Assembly: GCA_963702845.1 (NCBI GenBank)
Contig: OY969763.1
Location: 384,001 to 448,000 of the forward strand
Source of the DNA: an uncultured Verrucomicrobiae bacterium
GTDB lineage: Bacteria > Verrucomicrobiota > Verrucomicrobiia > Limisphaerales > Palsa-1400
Length of the DNA: 64,000 nt
Direction: 5' to 3'
Positions 40,260 to 49,857 of the stretch are shown here, in pieces; the stretch's first letter is position 1, and each line of letters begins with the position of its first letter. The notes beneath the pieces were generated by a model. The model worked only from the letters and a program-made list of their open reading frames with translations. It did no database searches and had not been told where the DNA came from. A program made the position numbers and the translations under genes.

Positions 40260-41609
40260 TTAATGGCCGGATTTGCCGGGCGGGACAGTTACTTTGCCGA
40301 GAATCGTTAGCATCAACAGACCGCCAATAAAACCAAATGGGGCCATGAAGTAAAAGTAATGGCCCATATTCTTGTCCAGAATATCGCCGAGGATCCAGCC
40401 AGCGAGGCTTCCGCCAAAATATTGGAACGAGTCAATCAGCCCGAGAGCGAATCCAGCCATGCGCCGGCCGCCGATGTCCATCGGTGCTGCGGCCCCTAGG
40501 ATGGAGTGTGTTGAGTTCGCGGTGAAGGCAATCAACAGGAAGAACAAAATTGCGGCGTTAGCAGTATGAAATTGCGCGGCAAGCAGGATAACCGTTGTTT
40601 CCAAAAAATAGAGCCCAGCGGCGACCGGTGCGCGGCGACCTTTGAAAACGGTATCAGAAATGTATCCAGAACTGAGCGAACCGATGGACGCGACCAGCGG
40701 AATCATGAAAGCAAGAAACTGGAAGCTCTTTGAGTTCAGGTCGACGTGATAGAGGTCCTGCATATAACGCGGGAACCATTGATCGACGGCTTGCCGCACA
40801 GCCCCAGTGCAAGCGTAAGCGGCTGCAGTGACCCAGACGACGGGGTTGCGAACAATACTTTGAAAAACCGTTTTAAAACTGGCGTGGGAACCGTCGGCGG
40901 CGCGCGGGGAATCATCAGGAATGATGTTGTGCCAACCGGCTTCTTCGGGCGTTTCCTTAACGAAGATCGCCATTGCGATGGCGGCAACTGCACAAATCAT
41001 CGAGGGAGCCCAAAACAACCAACGCCAGTGCAACGGCGGCACGCGCATCATTCCGAGGAACAAGAAGCCGGCTAACAACGCTGGACCGAGCTTGAAAATT
41101 CCAAATCGACCGAGGTTGATCATGAAACCGAAAACGCCGGAGAAACGACCGCGTTCGCGATGTTTGAACCATGCCGCGTTGATCTTGACCATGCCCGGAG
41201 CGCCATAGGCCTGGAAGTAACCGTCTATGCTGCGAATGGCGATGAACAGACCCAACATTCCCCAAAATGAGGCGACACCGAACAGGATGTTCATAACCAC
41301 AGTGCCACAGGCTCCAATCAACATTGCCTTCTTGCCTCCAATGCGGTCGGTGATCAGACCATTGATGATTTGGCCACAGGCATACGCCAACATCGCGAAC
41401 GTGATGATTTTTCCAACATCTCCGCGACTGAAACCGTACTGATCGCTAATGGATTTATTAGCGATCGAAAGGTTGTATCGGCACATGTAAAAGCTCGTGT
41501 AGAGCAGGCCGAGTAGTCCCCAGTTGAGACCGCGACGGCGCCGAAAACCTTCTGGATAACGCGCGTCGACGTCGGTGGTTGAGACTGGGGAAGTTACCGG
41601 AGCGATCAT
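40260..41609 (-). CDS. MFS transporter, organophosphate:Pi antiporter (GlpT/UhpT-like) family
   Basis: Y..FYMCRYN, WFKHRERG, SD..FKGRRAP, G.A.GLID.FQYFG, about 12 TM helices. Confidence 0.85.
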   Translation of the reverse strand: MIAPVTSPVSTTDVDARYPEGFRRRRGLNWGLLGLLYTSFYMCRYNLSIANKSISDQYGFSRGDVGKIITFAMLAYACGQIINGLITDRIGGKKAMLIGACGTVVMNILFGVASFWGMLGLFIAIRSIDGYFQAYGAPGMVKINAAWFKHRERGRFSGVFGFMINLGRFGIFKLGPALLAGFLFLGMMRVPPLHWRWLFWAPSMICAVAAIAMAIFVKETPEEAGWHNIIPDDSPRAADGSHASFKTVFQSIVRNPVVWVTAAAYACTGAVRQAVDQWFPRYMQDLYHVDLNSKSFQFLAFMIPLVASIGSLSSGYISDTVFKGRRAPVAAGLYFLETTVILLAAQFHTANAAILFFLLIAFTANSTHSILGAAAPMDIGGRRMAGFALGLIDSFQYFGGSLAGWILGDILDKNMGHYFYFMAPFGFIGGLLMLTILGKVTVPPGKSGH

Positions 41610-41662
41610 GTTGTTTGTGGTCCCGCAGAGCTAAGCAAACTGCCGCTCTGCGGTCAAAGCTT

Positions 41663-42694
41663 TTACAAGGTGTTTAACGCATCGACCAGCGCGCGCAAGC
41701 GACCGTAGCTGCGTCTGTCGAAGCCAAAGGCGATGCGCGGCAGGTTGAGAGCAGCGACTTCGTCTTGTTCTTCCGGCAACGCATCGATCAGACGAATTGG
41801 TTCGCCAGCGATGATATCATCGAAGTCTTCGTTCAACGCCTGGATCGCCGAGGGCGTCGGCGTGTTCTTCAAACGAACGACCAGCGTGTCGCGCACCCAA
41901 CGCATCGAATGATAGTTTCGATAGAAACGGATGATGTGTTTGATGGCGTCATCGTTGTTTTCGAAAATGCGATAGATCTTGGTGTCGGTTTCGTTGATGA
42001 GCTTATGGCGAAGCAGATGTTCATGGATATTCTTGTCCCATGTGCGCCAGAAGGTCGAACCGGGTGGGTTGATACAAACCAACGGACGCAAACGGCTCTT
42101 GCCGGTTTGCATCAGAGTCAGTGCTTCGAAGCCTTCGTCCATCGTGCCGAAGCCGCCGGGGAACAACGCGATCGCGTCGGCCTGGCGGATGAATGTCACT
42201 TTGCGAGTGAAGAAGTATTTGAAATTAACGAGCTTCTTGTCGCCGGAGATAACCGAGCTGGTCGATTGTTCGTGCGGCAAACGAATGGCGGCGCCGAAAC
42301 TGTTGTCAACGCCAGCGCCTTCGAGGCCTGCTTGCATGATGCCAGGGCCCGCGCCGGTGATGACCATCCATTTTGCTTCAGCCATCTTGCGACCGAAATC
42401 GAGCGCTTGCTTGTATTCCGGTTCTTCGGGTTTTGTGCGAGCGGAACCGAAGACGGTAATTTTCTTTCTGTCCGCGTAAGGTGCGAAAGTTTTGAAGGCG
42501 TAGCGCAGTTCGCGCACAGCGGTTTGAATGACGCGGACATCGCCTCGGTCTTCAACGTCGTGAAGAATTTTGAGGGCGTTGTCGATGATGTCTGCGACGA
42601 GTTCCTGATTGTGACCGCAACCTTTGTAGACGATTAATTCCTGAATTCTGCGAAACAGCTCCGGGTCGATTGGAGCCTTGACGGGCTTATCCAT
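41663..42694 (-). CDS. LOG family (TIGR00730-like) Rossmann-fold protein
   Basis: TVFGSART, TGAGPGIM, FKYFFTRK, PGGFGTMDE. Confidence 0.9.
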   Translation of the reverse strand: MDKPVKAPIDPELFRRIQELIVYKGCGHNQELVADIIDNALKILHDVEDRGDVRVIQTAVRELRYAFKTFAPYADRKKITVFGSARTKPEEPEYKQALDFGRKMAEAKWMVITGAGPGIMQAGLEGAGVDNSFGAAIRLPHEQSTSSVISGDKKLVNFKYFFTRKVTFIRQADAIALFPGGFGTMDEGFEALTLMQTGKSRLRPLVCINPPGSTFWRTWDKNIHEHLLRHKLINETDTKIYRIFENNDDAIKHIIRFYRNYHSMRWVRDTLVVRLKNTPTPSAIQALNEDFDDIIAGEPIRLIDALPEEQDEVAALNLPRIAFGFDRRSYGRLRALVDALNTL

Positions 42695-42782
42695 ACTTTT
42701 TTCCTAACTACTCAACTAAGGGTGAAAAGCGTATCACAGCGCGCACGCGCAAAGCAAAGACAATGCGTGATTTTAGCTGGTT

Positions 42783-43970
42783 TTAATGCGCTGCGGACGC
42801 CATTGGTGCAACGGCACGATGGCCGCTTTCCGGCTGCACAACGCTGGTGTGTCGTGCGCCGCGAGTGACCTCGCGGATGTAACGGACTTCCTCCTGGTTA
42901 TAAGGAGTGCCGTCAGCTCGGAAAATGTCGTGGAACCACGTCGGTGGTTCGTCGCCGTATTGTTTTTCCCAGGAATCCCACGGGAAAATGGTCTGCGTTT
43001 TGCCGGAGACAAAGCCCCAGTTGTAAGCGCCGACATGTTGTTCTTTTAAATAGCCAAGGACCGGGTTGAAGGTGCTGCCCATCGGACGCGCCATATATTC
43101 ACTGCAAACGATCGGGCGATTGTAGCGGCGGAGATGGTCGATGCCTTTTGTGATTTCTGGCAGCTTGGAATAGTTGTGGAAGGTGATGATGTCGGATTCT
43201 TCCAATTGCTCGTGTTCCGTGGGAGAGAGCTTTTCGACATTGCCCCAGTTGCCGATCCAGACGCCGGAGGTGAGCGGCTGAGACGGGTTCATTTCGCGAG
43301 CCCAGATGAAAGTTTTCTTCAGCAGTTGAAGCGCGGCTTCTTTTTTGTTCGGCAGTTCGACTTTGCGATATTGCGGGACCGGGTTATCGGGTTCGTTGAA
43401 GATGTCCCAGACTTGCACGCGGCGGTCGTTGCGGAAATGGCCGACGACATCTTGCACATAGGGTTTGAGTTGGTCCTGGAGTTCAGCGCTGGCGAGAATG
43501 TTTGCGCCGGGGCTTTGGACCCAACCGGAGTTGTGTGTGTGCGGACGCGGTTCGCGTTGTTTGCCCGCTTGAGGGAACGGGTCCCAAACGCTGTCAAAAA
43601 TAACGAACATGACGCCGATATTGTGTTTGTCGGCCATGCCGAGGAATTGATCCATGCGATTGATGAATCCTTTTGGATCCTGTTTCCAGGCGAGGTCATG
43701 CAGGAAAACGCGAACGCTGGTGAAGCCGAGGCTTTGTGCAAAACCGAGTTCGCGATTGATGGTTTTCGGGTCCCATGTTTCAGCCTGCCACATCTCGAGT
43801 TGGTTGATGGCAGTGCTTGGGGCGAAGTTGCACCCGACGAGCAAGGGTTGGTTGGAATACCAGCTGTTCGCTTTGGCCTCAGTCCATTTGGCCCGGGCCT
43901 GGAGCGGTTGTTGCGAACCGGTGCTGCAGCCGAGCAGGAAAGCGATGGCGATGAGTTGTAAGAGTCTCAT
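42783..43970 (-). CDS. GH5-like glycoside hydrolase lipoprotein
   Basis: Lipobox LLG-C, NQLEMWQ, RVFLH, acid/base NEP, HNY, nucleophile in CSEYMAR. Confidence 0.8.
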   Translation of the reverse strand: MRLLQLIAIAFLLGCSTGSQQPLQARAKWTEAKANSWYSNQPLLVGCNFAPSTAINQLEMWQAETWDPKTINRELGFAQSLGFTSVRVFLHDLAWKQDPKGFINRMDQFLGMADKHNIGVMFVIFDSVWDPFPQAGKQREPRPHTHNSGWVQSPGANILASAELQDQLKPYVQDVVGHFRNDRRVQVWDIFNEPDNPVPQYRKVELPNKKEAALQLLKKTFIWAREMNPSQPLTSGVWIGNWGNVEKLSPTEHEQLEESDIITFHNYSKLPEITKGIDHLRRYNRPIVCSEYMARPMGSTFNPVLGYLKEQHVGAYNWGFVSGKTQTIFPWDSWEKQYGDEPPTWFHDIFRADGTPYNQEEVRYIREVTRGARHTSVVQPESGHRAVAPMASAAH

Positions 43971-44154
43971 GTGCTTTTGGGTTGTTAGTTGTATGCGTTG
44001 TTTGGGGAAAGGCAAGTGTTCAGTGTTCGGGTTTCAGGTGTTTTTACCACCAGGGACACCAAGGGAAGGGGGCGTGAGTGGGTGGGTCGGTAAGTCGGAT
44101 TGAGCACGATGGGGTTGTTGAGTTGTGTTCATAGCGTTTGGTAAAAATATTTTT

Positions 44155-44254
44155 TTGGGTTTTGGTGGACGCAGGTGGTCGTTGTTGGATGAAAGTGGAT
44201 GTTAGTGGACGAAAGTGGGCACCCCCTTTGGGTCGAAAATGGACGAAAGTGGGC
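44155..44254. repeat. 10-bp phased GTGG direct repeats
   Basis: (G/T)TGG-xx hexamers at 44155, 44165, 44175, 44185, 44195, 44205, 44215, then a second set at 44229, 44239, 44249. Confidence 0.7.
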
Positions 44255-44550
44255 AGGTCGAGTAGCAACCAAGGCAGAGTCACCATCGACAAAGAATTGT
44301 CATGGCTCGCTTCGTTCGGTGCGGGAATCGGAATCCCCGCGTTGTCTTCATGATGCATGTATCGCATAACGCGACTGATGATGCCATAAAGCAGCTACGC
44401 GTCAAAAAATGTAGGCAAGCCAGGGAAAGGGGGGAAAGAAATGGCACTTTTTCTGCACTGTTTTTAACACCAAGACACCAAGGCACAAAGATTGCTAAGG
44501 GTATGAGGTGCTGGAAAGTTAAGCGCTGATAGCTTGGGCCGAGCTTGGAA

Positions 44551-45939
44551 TTACTGGTGCTTTGGGTTTAACGGTAGCCGCACTTTGAATCGGGTTTCGC
44601 CACGACGTGATTCGAATTCGATTTCTCCACCGTGCCGGTCGGCGATAATACGATTGCTAAGGACGAGCCCAAGGCCGGTGCCAGCACCCACCGATTTCGT
44701 CGTGAAAAATGGTTCGAACATCCGCGATTGAATTTCCGCCGGAATACCTTCGCCGTCGTCCACGATCTCAACGACGATTTCGTCGCCGTCCCGGTAAGTA
44801 TCGACACAAATTATTCCAGCGCCGTGGACGGCATCTATCGCGTTGTCGATTAAGTTGGTCCAAACCTGATTGAGTTCACTTCCGTAAGCCATGATGCGCG
44901 GCACTGAACGGTCGAAAGCCCGGTTAACCGTAACGTTCTTCAGTTTATGTCCCAGCATCGTCAATGTATTCTCGATCCCTTCGTGGATATCGATCTCCTG
45001 CATGGGCGATTGATCCATGTAGGAATACGATTTTACCGCCTTCACCAATTCAGCGACGCGTGCCGTGCTATCCTGCATTTCTCGAAGAAGCCCTTGAGTC
45101 CTTAAGCGAGCCTCGAGCCAACGGAGAGCATTAGCCTGGCTCGCTTCGGGAATTTTTTCGAAAAGCTTTTCGAGCCACGGCAAATCCAAACCCACATTGA
45201 CGAAGGTCGGCGCCAGGTCCCACCCGTCCGCAATTCCGTGCGCATTGAGCCAGTCGCCAATGGCCTCGGATCGATCGCTCCGTGTTAAATGATCGAGTTG
45301 CGGAGGCTTCCGGTCGGACGCTTCGTTTGCAGCCTCCACCAGAGAATGCCAATGCTCCGACTCCAACGATTTACTCAAGCCGCACAGGAAAGATTGTAGG
45401 TTGTCGGTTGTTTCCTGAAGTTGCGCGGCCGCCCGTCGAGCAGCCGTTGCTGGGTTATTCAACTCGTGCGCCAGGCCGGCGGCCATCGTGCCCAGCGAAA
45501 TGAGCTTCTCCCGCTGTAACACATACCCTTCCATGTTTTTTAAACGGTTGGCCGCTGCACGAAAAATGGTTCGGGCAACTGCCGGACACGAAGTCAGCAT
45601 CTGCCAAAAACCTTCTTCGTTGAGTCGAAGCAGGCGGACAGGTTTAAAAGTTCGCACATCCGAAAGCCATGGAATATCCAGCAACAGCATGACTTCGCCG
45701 AAGAAGTCCCCCGGTTTGCCAACTGCCATCAGCACAGCCTGCCGCTCGTAATTGCGAACAATGCGGACCTCGCCTTCCAGAAGCACATCGAAAAAACCAT
45801 TGCGGTCACCTTCACGCGCGATAACGGTTCCAGCAGGGACGTCAACAATCTCAGCCTGCGATAAGCAATCCAATTCCTTATCTGTTAGGTGTGCGAACAA
45901 CGGGGTCGCACGCACTTTCTGGAGTTGCTCGGGTTTCAT
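44551..45939 (-). CDS. cNMP-binding domain histidine kinase
   Basis: cNMP domain (FFGE), H box AHELNNP, N box NLIDNA, PFFTTK, GTGLGL. Confidence 0.92.
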   Translation of the reverse strand: MKPEQLQKVRATPLFAHLTDKELDCLSQAEIVDVPAGTVIAREGDRNGFFDVLLEGEVRIVRNYERQAVLMAVGKPGDFFGEVMLLLDIPWLSDVRTFKPVRLLRLNEEGFWQMLTSCPAVARTIFRAAANRLKNMEGYVLQREKLISLGTMAAGLAHELNNPATAARRAAAQLQETTDNLQSFLCGLSKSLESEHWHSLVEAANEASDRKPPQLDHLTRSDRSEAIGDWLNAHGIADGWDLAPTFVNVGLDLPWLEKLFEKIPEASQANALRWLEARLRTQGLLREMQDSTARVAELVKAVKSYSYMDQSPMQEIDIHEGIENTLTMLGHKLKNVTVNRAFDRSVPRIMAYGSELNQVWTNLIDNAIDAVHGAGIICVDTYRDGDEIVVEIVDDGEGIPAEIQSRMFEPFFTTKSVGAGTGLGLVLSNRIIADRHGGEIEFESRRGETRFKVRLPLNPKHQ

Positions 45940-45942
45940 ACG

Positions 45943-47601
45943 CTACTGATGCAGCCCTAAATATTGGTGGACCATTTTGACCGCCATGGCGCCTTCGCCA
46001 ACGCCGGAGGTGACTCCTTTCGTTGACCGATGCCGCACATCCCCCGCGACGAAAATTCCCGGAACGCTGGTTTCAAGATAGAACGGATCACGATCGGCAT
46101 CCCATCCACTTGGCCTTTTCCCTGCAAAATGTTGACCGGAAATAATGTAACCCAGTTCATCGCGTTCGACGACGCCGGCTAGCCATTCAGTGCGAGGAAC
46201 CGCCCCTGCATAAATCAACAACGCATTCGCCGGAACAGTTTCCGTTACGCCAGTTTTATTGTTGCGAATCGTAATCGTCTCGCAGTGCCCCTCGCCCTCG
46301 ATCGCCACGACATTTGTATTAAGTCGCACCTCAATATTTTTCGTGGAGTGAATTTGGTCCTCGAGATATTGCGACATGGTGCTGGACAGGGAACTGCCTC
46401 GCACAAGCACGATGACACGACGCGCCACGCGCGAAAAATACATCGACGCCTGACCGGCTGAATTTGCGCCTCCGACGATGTAAACATCGCCGTCTTTGTA
46501 AGAAAAAGCGTCCGTCATCGGCGCGTAGTAATAGACGCCCGCGCCGCTCAATCGATCCAACCCCGGCACATCGAGTTTTCGGAATGCGATTCCAGTGGCG
46601 ATCAGAAGCGCTCGGCACCCGATTTCTCCTTTGTCCGAAAGCTCGACAACTCGGGTTGGGCCCTCCACGCGAACTCCGCAAACTTCCTGTGGCGCCAGTA
46701 TTTCAACCCCAAAACGCCGCGCCTGTGCCACTGCTCGCCGCGCCAGGTCGCCTCCACTAAGCCCCGTGGGAAATCCCAGATAATTTTCAATGCGCGAACT
46801 GCGTCCTGCCTGGCCGCCCGGCGCTTCCCGTTCGATCAATAATGTGTGCAAGCCATCAGCCGCTCCATAAACCGCAGCCGCCAATCCAGCGGGACCGCCG
46901 CCAACGACAACGAGATCGTAAAACGGAAATTCTGCCTTCGTTCGAAGCCCCAGTTTTTCCGCAATCGCTTTGTTCGGTGGATCGGACAGCACCGACCCGT
47001 CAGGAAATATGACCAGAGGCAGCGACGCGGCATCCGCCTTCGCTGTTTCAATGAACTTTTTTGCCTCGTTATCCCGATCGGCATTGAGCCATTGGTGCGG
47101 GACAAAATTCCTTCCAAGAAAATCTCGAATCTCGCTGGCGCGCGACGACCATTGGCTGCCCACCACACGCACACCTTCAAACGTTGGATGATATGAGGAT
47201 TGCCAATCATCCAGCATATCATCGACGAACCCGAAAAGCCGTTCCTCCGGCGGATCCCACGGCTTCATTAGATAGTGATCAATGTGCACGCTATTGATCG
47301 CGCGAATTGCAGCATCCGTGTCGGCGTAAGCGGTCAGCAACGCGCGCTTCGCGTCCGGAAAATACTCCAACGACTGTTCCAAAAATTCCACGCCGTTCAT
47401 CCGTGGCATTCGTTGATCGACAAGAAAAAGCGCGACCGGTTCGTTACGCAGCTTCAACTGCTTCGTCGCCTCCAACGCCGAGGCGCCGGAGTCTGCCGAA
47501 ATGACTCTGTAACGATCTCCGTAATGCCGTCGCAAATCACGTTCCACAGCGCGAAGCACATCCGGATCATCATCCACAGTCCATATGACCGGTTTTGACA
47601 T
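45943..47601 (-). CDS. Receiver domain-thioredoxin reductase-like fusion
   Basis: REC domain (VDDD, DQRMP, K), GGGPAGL, SSRIENYLGFP, GGANSAGQA, AGDVR. Confidence 0.9.
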   Translation of the reverse strand: MSKPVIWTVDDDPDVLRAVERDLRRHYGDRYRVISADSGASALEATKQLKLRNEPVALFLVDQRMPRMNGVEFLEQSLEYFPDAKRALLTAYADTDAAIRAINSVHIDHYLMKPWDPPEERLFGFVDDMLDDWQSSYHPTFEGVRVVGSQWSSRASEIRDFLGRNFVPHQWLNADRDNEAKKFIETAKADAASLPLVIFPDGSVLSDPPNKAIAEKLGLRTKAEFPFYDLVVVGGGPAGLAAAVYGAADGLHTLLIEREAPGGQAGRSSRIENYLGFPTGLSGGDLARRAVAQARRFGVEILAPQEVCGVRVEGPTRVVELSDKGEIGCRALLIATGIAFRKLDVPGLDRLSGAGVYYYAPMTDAFSYKDGDVYIVGGANSAGQASMYFSRVARRVIVLVRGSSLSSTMSQYLEDQIHSTKNIEVRLNTNVVAIEGEGHCETITIRNNKTGVTETVPANALLIYAGAVPRTEWLAGVVERDELGYIISGQHFAGKRPSGWDADRDPFYLETSVPGIFVAGDVRHRSTKGVTSGVGEGAMAVKMVHQYLGLHQ

Positions 47602-47637
47602 AAGGTTAAGTCTCTTTCTAAGCAGGTTCCGTGATGC

Positions 47638-48399
47638 TCAACGCAGTCCACCTGAGATAAGGAACGTTTCACCGGTAATCCACGACGCATCATCGGAGGC
47701 AAGGAACACTACAGTGGGCGCGATATCTTGCGGTTGCCCGATCCGCCCAAGCGGCGTCTGCGCTTCGATTCCCTTGCGCTCATCGCTCTCAGCAAGTCCG
47801 GCAGCATGAAATCCTTCGGTCTCCACCATGCCGGGCCGGATCGCGTTAACCCGGATTTTGCGCGGGCCGAGTTCCGTCGCCAGCGAGCGCGTGATGGCGT
47901 CCACCGCGCCTTTTGTGCCGCTGTAAATAGATGAGTTCGGAATGCCAAGCGTGCTGACAATGGAACTCATGTTGATGATTACTCCTCCGCCATCGCCGAA
48001 TTCCCGCGCCGCTGCTTGCGACGAAAGTAATAGGCCGAGCACATTCACATCGAAAAATTTATGGAAATGCTCTTCGGTCACATCCTCTAGGGCCACGAAA
48101 TCGTAAATTCCTGCGTTATTGACGAGAATATCCAATCGTCCGAATGCCTTTTTCGCACTTGCAAACAGCGCCGCGATGTCCTTGGAATTCGACATGTTCG
48201 CCTGCACGGCTATGGCTTTGCCTCCTGTCGTCGTTACGGCTTTGGCAACCGTTTCTCCATCCGCTTGGCTGGAGGAATAATTAACGACGACAGATGCGCC
48301 TTCTGCGGCGAGTGATTTGGCGATGGCTGCACCGATGCCTTTAGATGATCCGGTCACAACTGCGACCTTGCCGGCCAATTTTTTCCCGTTCGTAATCAT
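47638..48399 (-). CDS. Short-chain dehydrogenase/reductase
   Basis: TGSSKGIG, NNAG, YSGTK, TPLGRIG. Confidence 0.92.
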   Translation of the reverse strand: MITNGKKLAGKVAVVTGSSKGIGAAIAKSLAAEGASVVVNYSSSQADGETVAKAVTTTGGKAIAVQANMSNSKDIAALFASAKKAFGRLDILVNNAGIYDFVALEDVTEEHFHKFFDVNVLGLLLSSQAAAREFGDGGGVIINMSSIVSTLGIPNSSIYSGTKGAVDAITRSLATELGPRKIRVNAIRPGMVETEGFHAAGLAESDERKGIEAQTPLGRIGQPQDIAPTVVFLASDDASWITGETFLISGGLR

Positions 48400-48658
48400 G
48401 TGGTTTGTGTCCCTTTTTGACTATTCGCTGAGAAACGAGTTCTGGAAAGTAATCCTTTGGAGGTTTCTCGACTCGGAAGCCGCACCGCTTGACGTCATCG
48501 ATTGCGCTAGCCTTTGCCCTGAATGCCGTCGATGTGGATGCGCGGCTGTTGCTACAGTGTTAAAACGGAAGCTCAAAAAGACGCGGGGCGCGCAAGTGGC
48601 GGTCGTTGCAACCGTCCAACGTTGGGAGTTGGCTTGCGAACGCAACTAGCATACACCA

Positions 48659-49571
48659 TTGCGCGAAATGATTTTGCTTCGCTACCTGTTCGTTGTTCTG
48701 CTCACCGGCAGTTGCATTAATGCCGGTGCGGATGGGCCGTTTGAGGCCGGTTTTGCGAAACTACATTCACGCATTACTACCGACCCGTCTCCGACCAACG
48801 TCTGGAGTCCACACCTGCGATTGCTCGTTGGCGTCGATGCGACCGAAGGCACTAAGCAGACCATATGTTTTGTCGAACTAACCACGATCAAACCGCCAGC
48901 CACTAATACCAATGGCAAACCGTGGGCGCCGGTATTCGAGACGAATGGTTTTTCGTGGACGGTCGACGAATCAGTCTCACATCACCACAAAAGAAAAATT
49001 CGTTTGGGCTTTGTATCCGGTGCAAGTGCGGGTGTTTGACGCAAGCGGGCGACAATCCAAAGAAGGCACCACCACGGTTCCGTTCGGCTTATTAACCAAT
49101 GGCCTCGCACAAGTGTGTCGGCTCGGGTTGGGCAGAGAGTCCGGCCCCGAAGAAACTCCAGAAAACATGAGAGCGTTTTTCAGTGGATTTCTTTGGATGA
49201 CTGCAATGATGGGACGGCTTGAAGGCGCGCCCGTCCTTCACGACGTTTGGGAGAACGCGAACTGCAGTTTCCGTTGGCCAAGCCTTTGGACAATCACACG
49301 GGCCGCGTTTGGAGGCGGCATGGTGATTGAGCTCAACCCGGATTGGAAAAAAATCGCTGTAGTCAGCACAAATGAGCCCCTGCAATATGTGCTGCCCATG
49401 ACTCTGGCTGTGAGCGGACGGGTTCTCACAAAGGTAGAAATCATCGTTGGTCAGGTCACGGCCGCCGCGGCGTTGCTCGGCGGGATCGAATCTCTCGAGG
49501 CAACACACCCCACCAAACCCGATCACAAGTATACCGCTCGCGTCCTGGCCTCCGGGATCGCGGCCGACTAA
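48659..49571 (+). CDS. Hypothetical secreted protein (probably one gene split by a frameshift)
   Basis: Two overlapping + ORFs (48659-49039, 48912-49571). The first has a signal-like N terminus. Confidence 0.45.
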
Positions 49572-49594
49572 TCGCCAGTGAATGCTACACAGCA

Positions 49595-49622
49595 TTGACA
49601 CGCCGTTGCTTCACGTTATAAT
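49595..49622 (+). promoter_or_regulatory. Perfect-consensus sigma70 promoter
   Basis: TTGACA (49595-49600), 16-bp spacer, TATAAT (49617-49622), then GC-rich CCCTTCAGCCGCC. Confidence 0.7.
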
Positions 49623-49857
49623 CCCTTCAGCCGCCGGTGCTTGCCGGCATTCGGGAGACAGAGAACCGGATGCGCTCTTTGATGAAAGTAGAAACATTTC
49701 GATGATATTTTTTTGATTCTGTGTTTTAAGCCGCAAATCAGAACGCGAAGGGCGGTCGCCATCGCGATGGGCTTCACGTCTTGTTGTAGAGTTGAGTTGG
49801 CAGGGAGCGAGCGGCGAGACGCCTCACCTACTGCACCACAGCGGGATCTATCACTGG

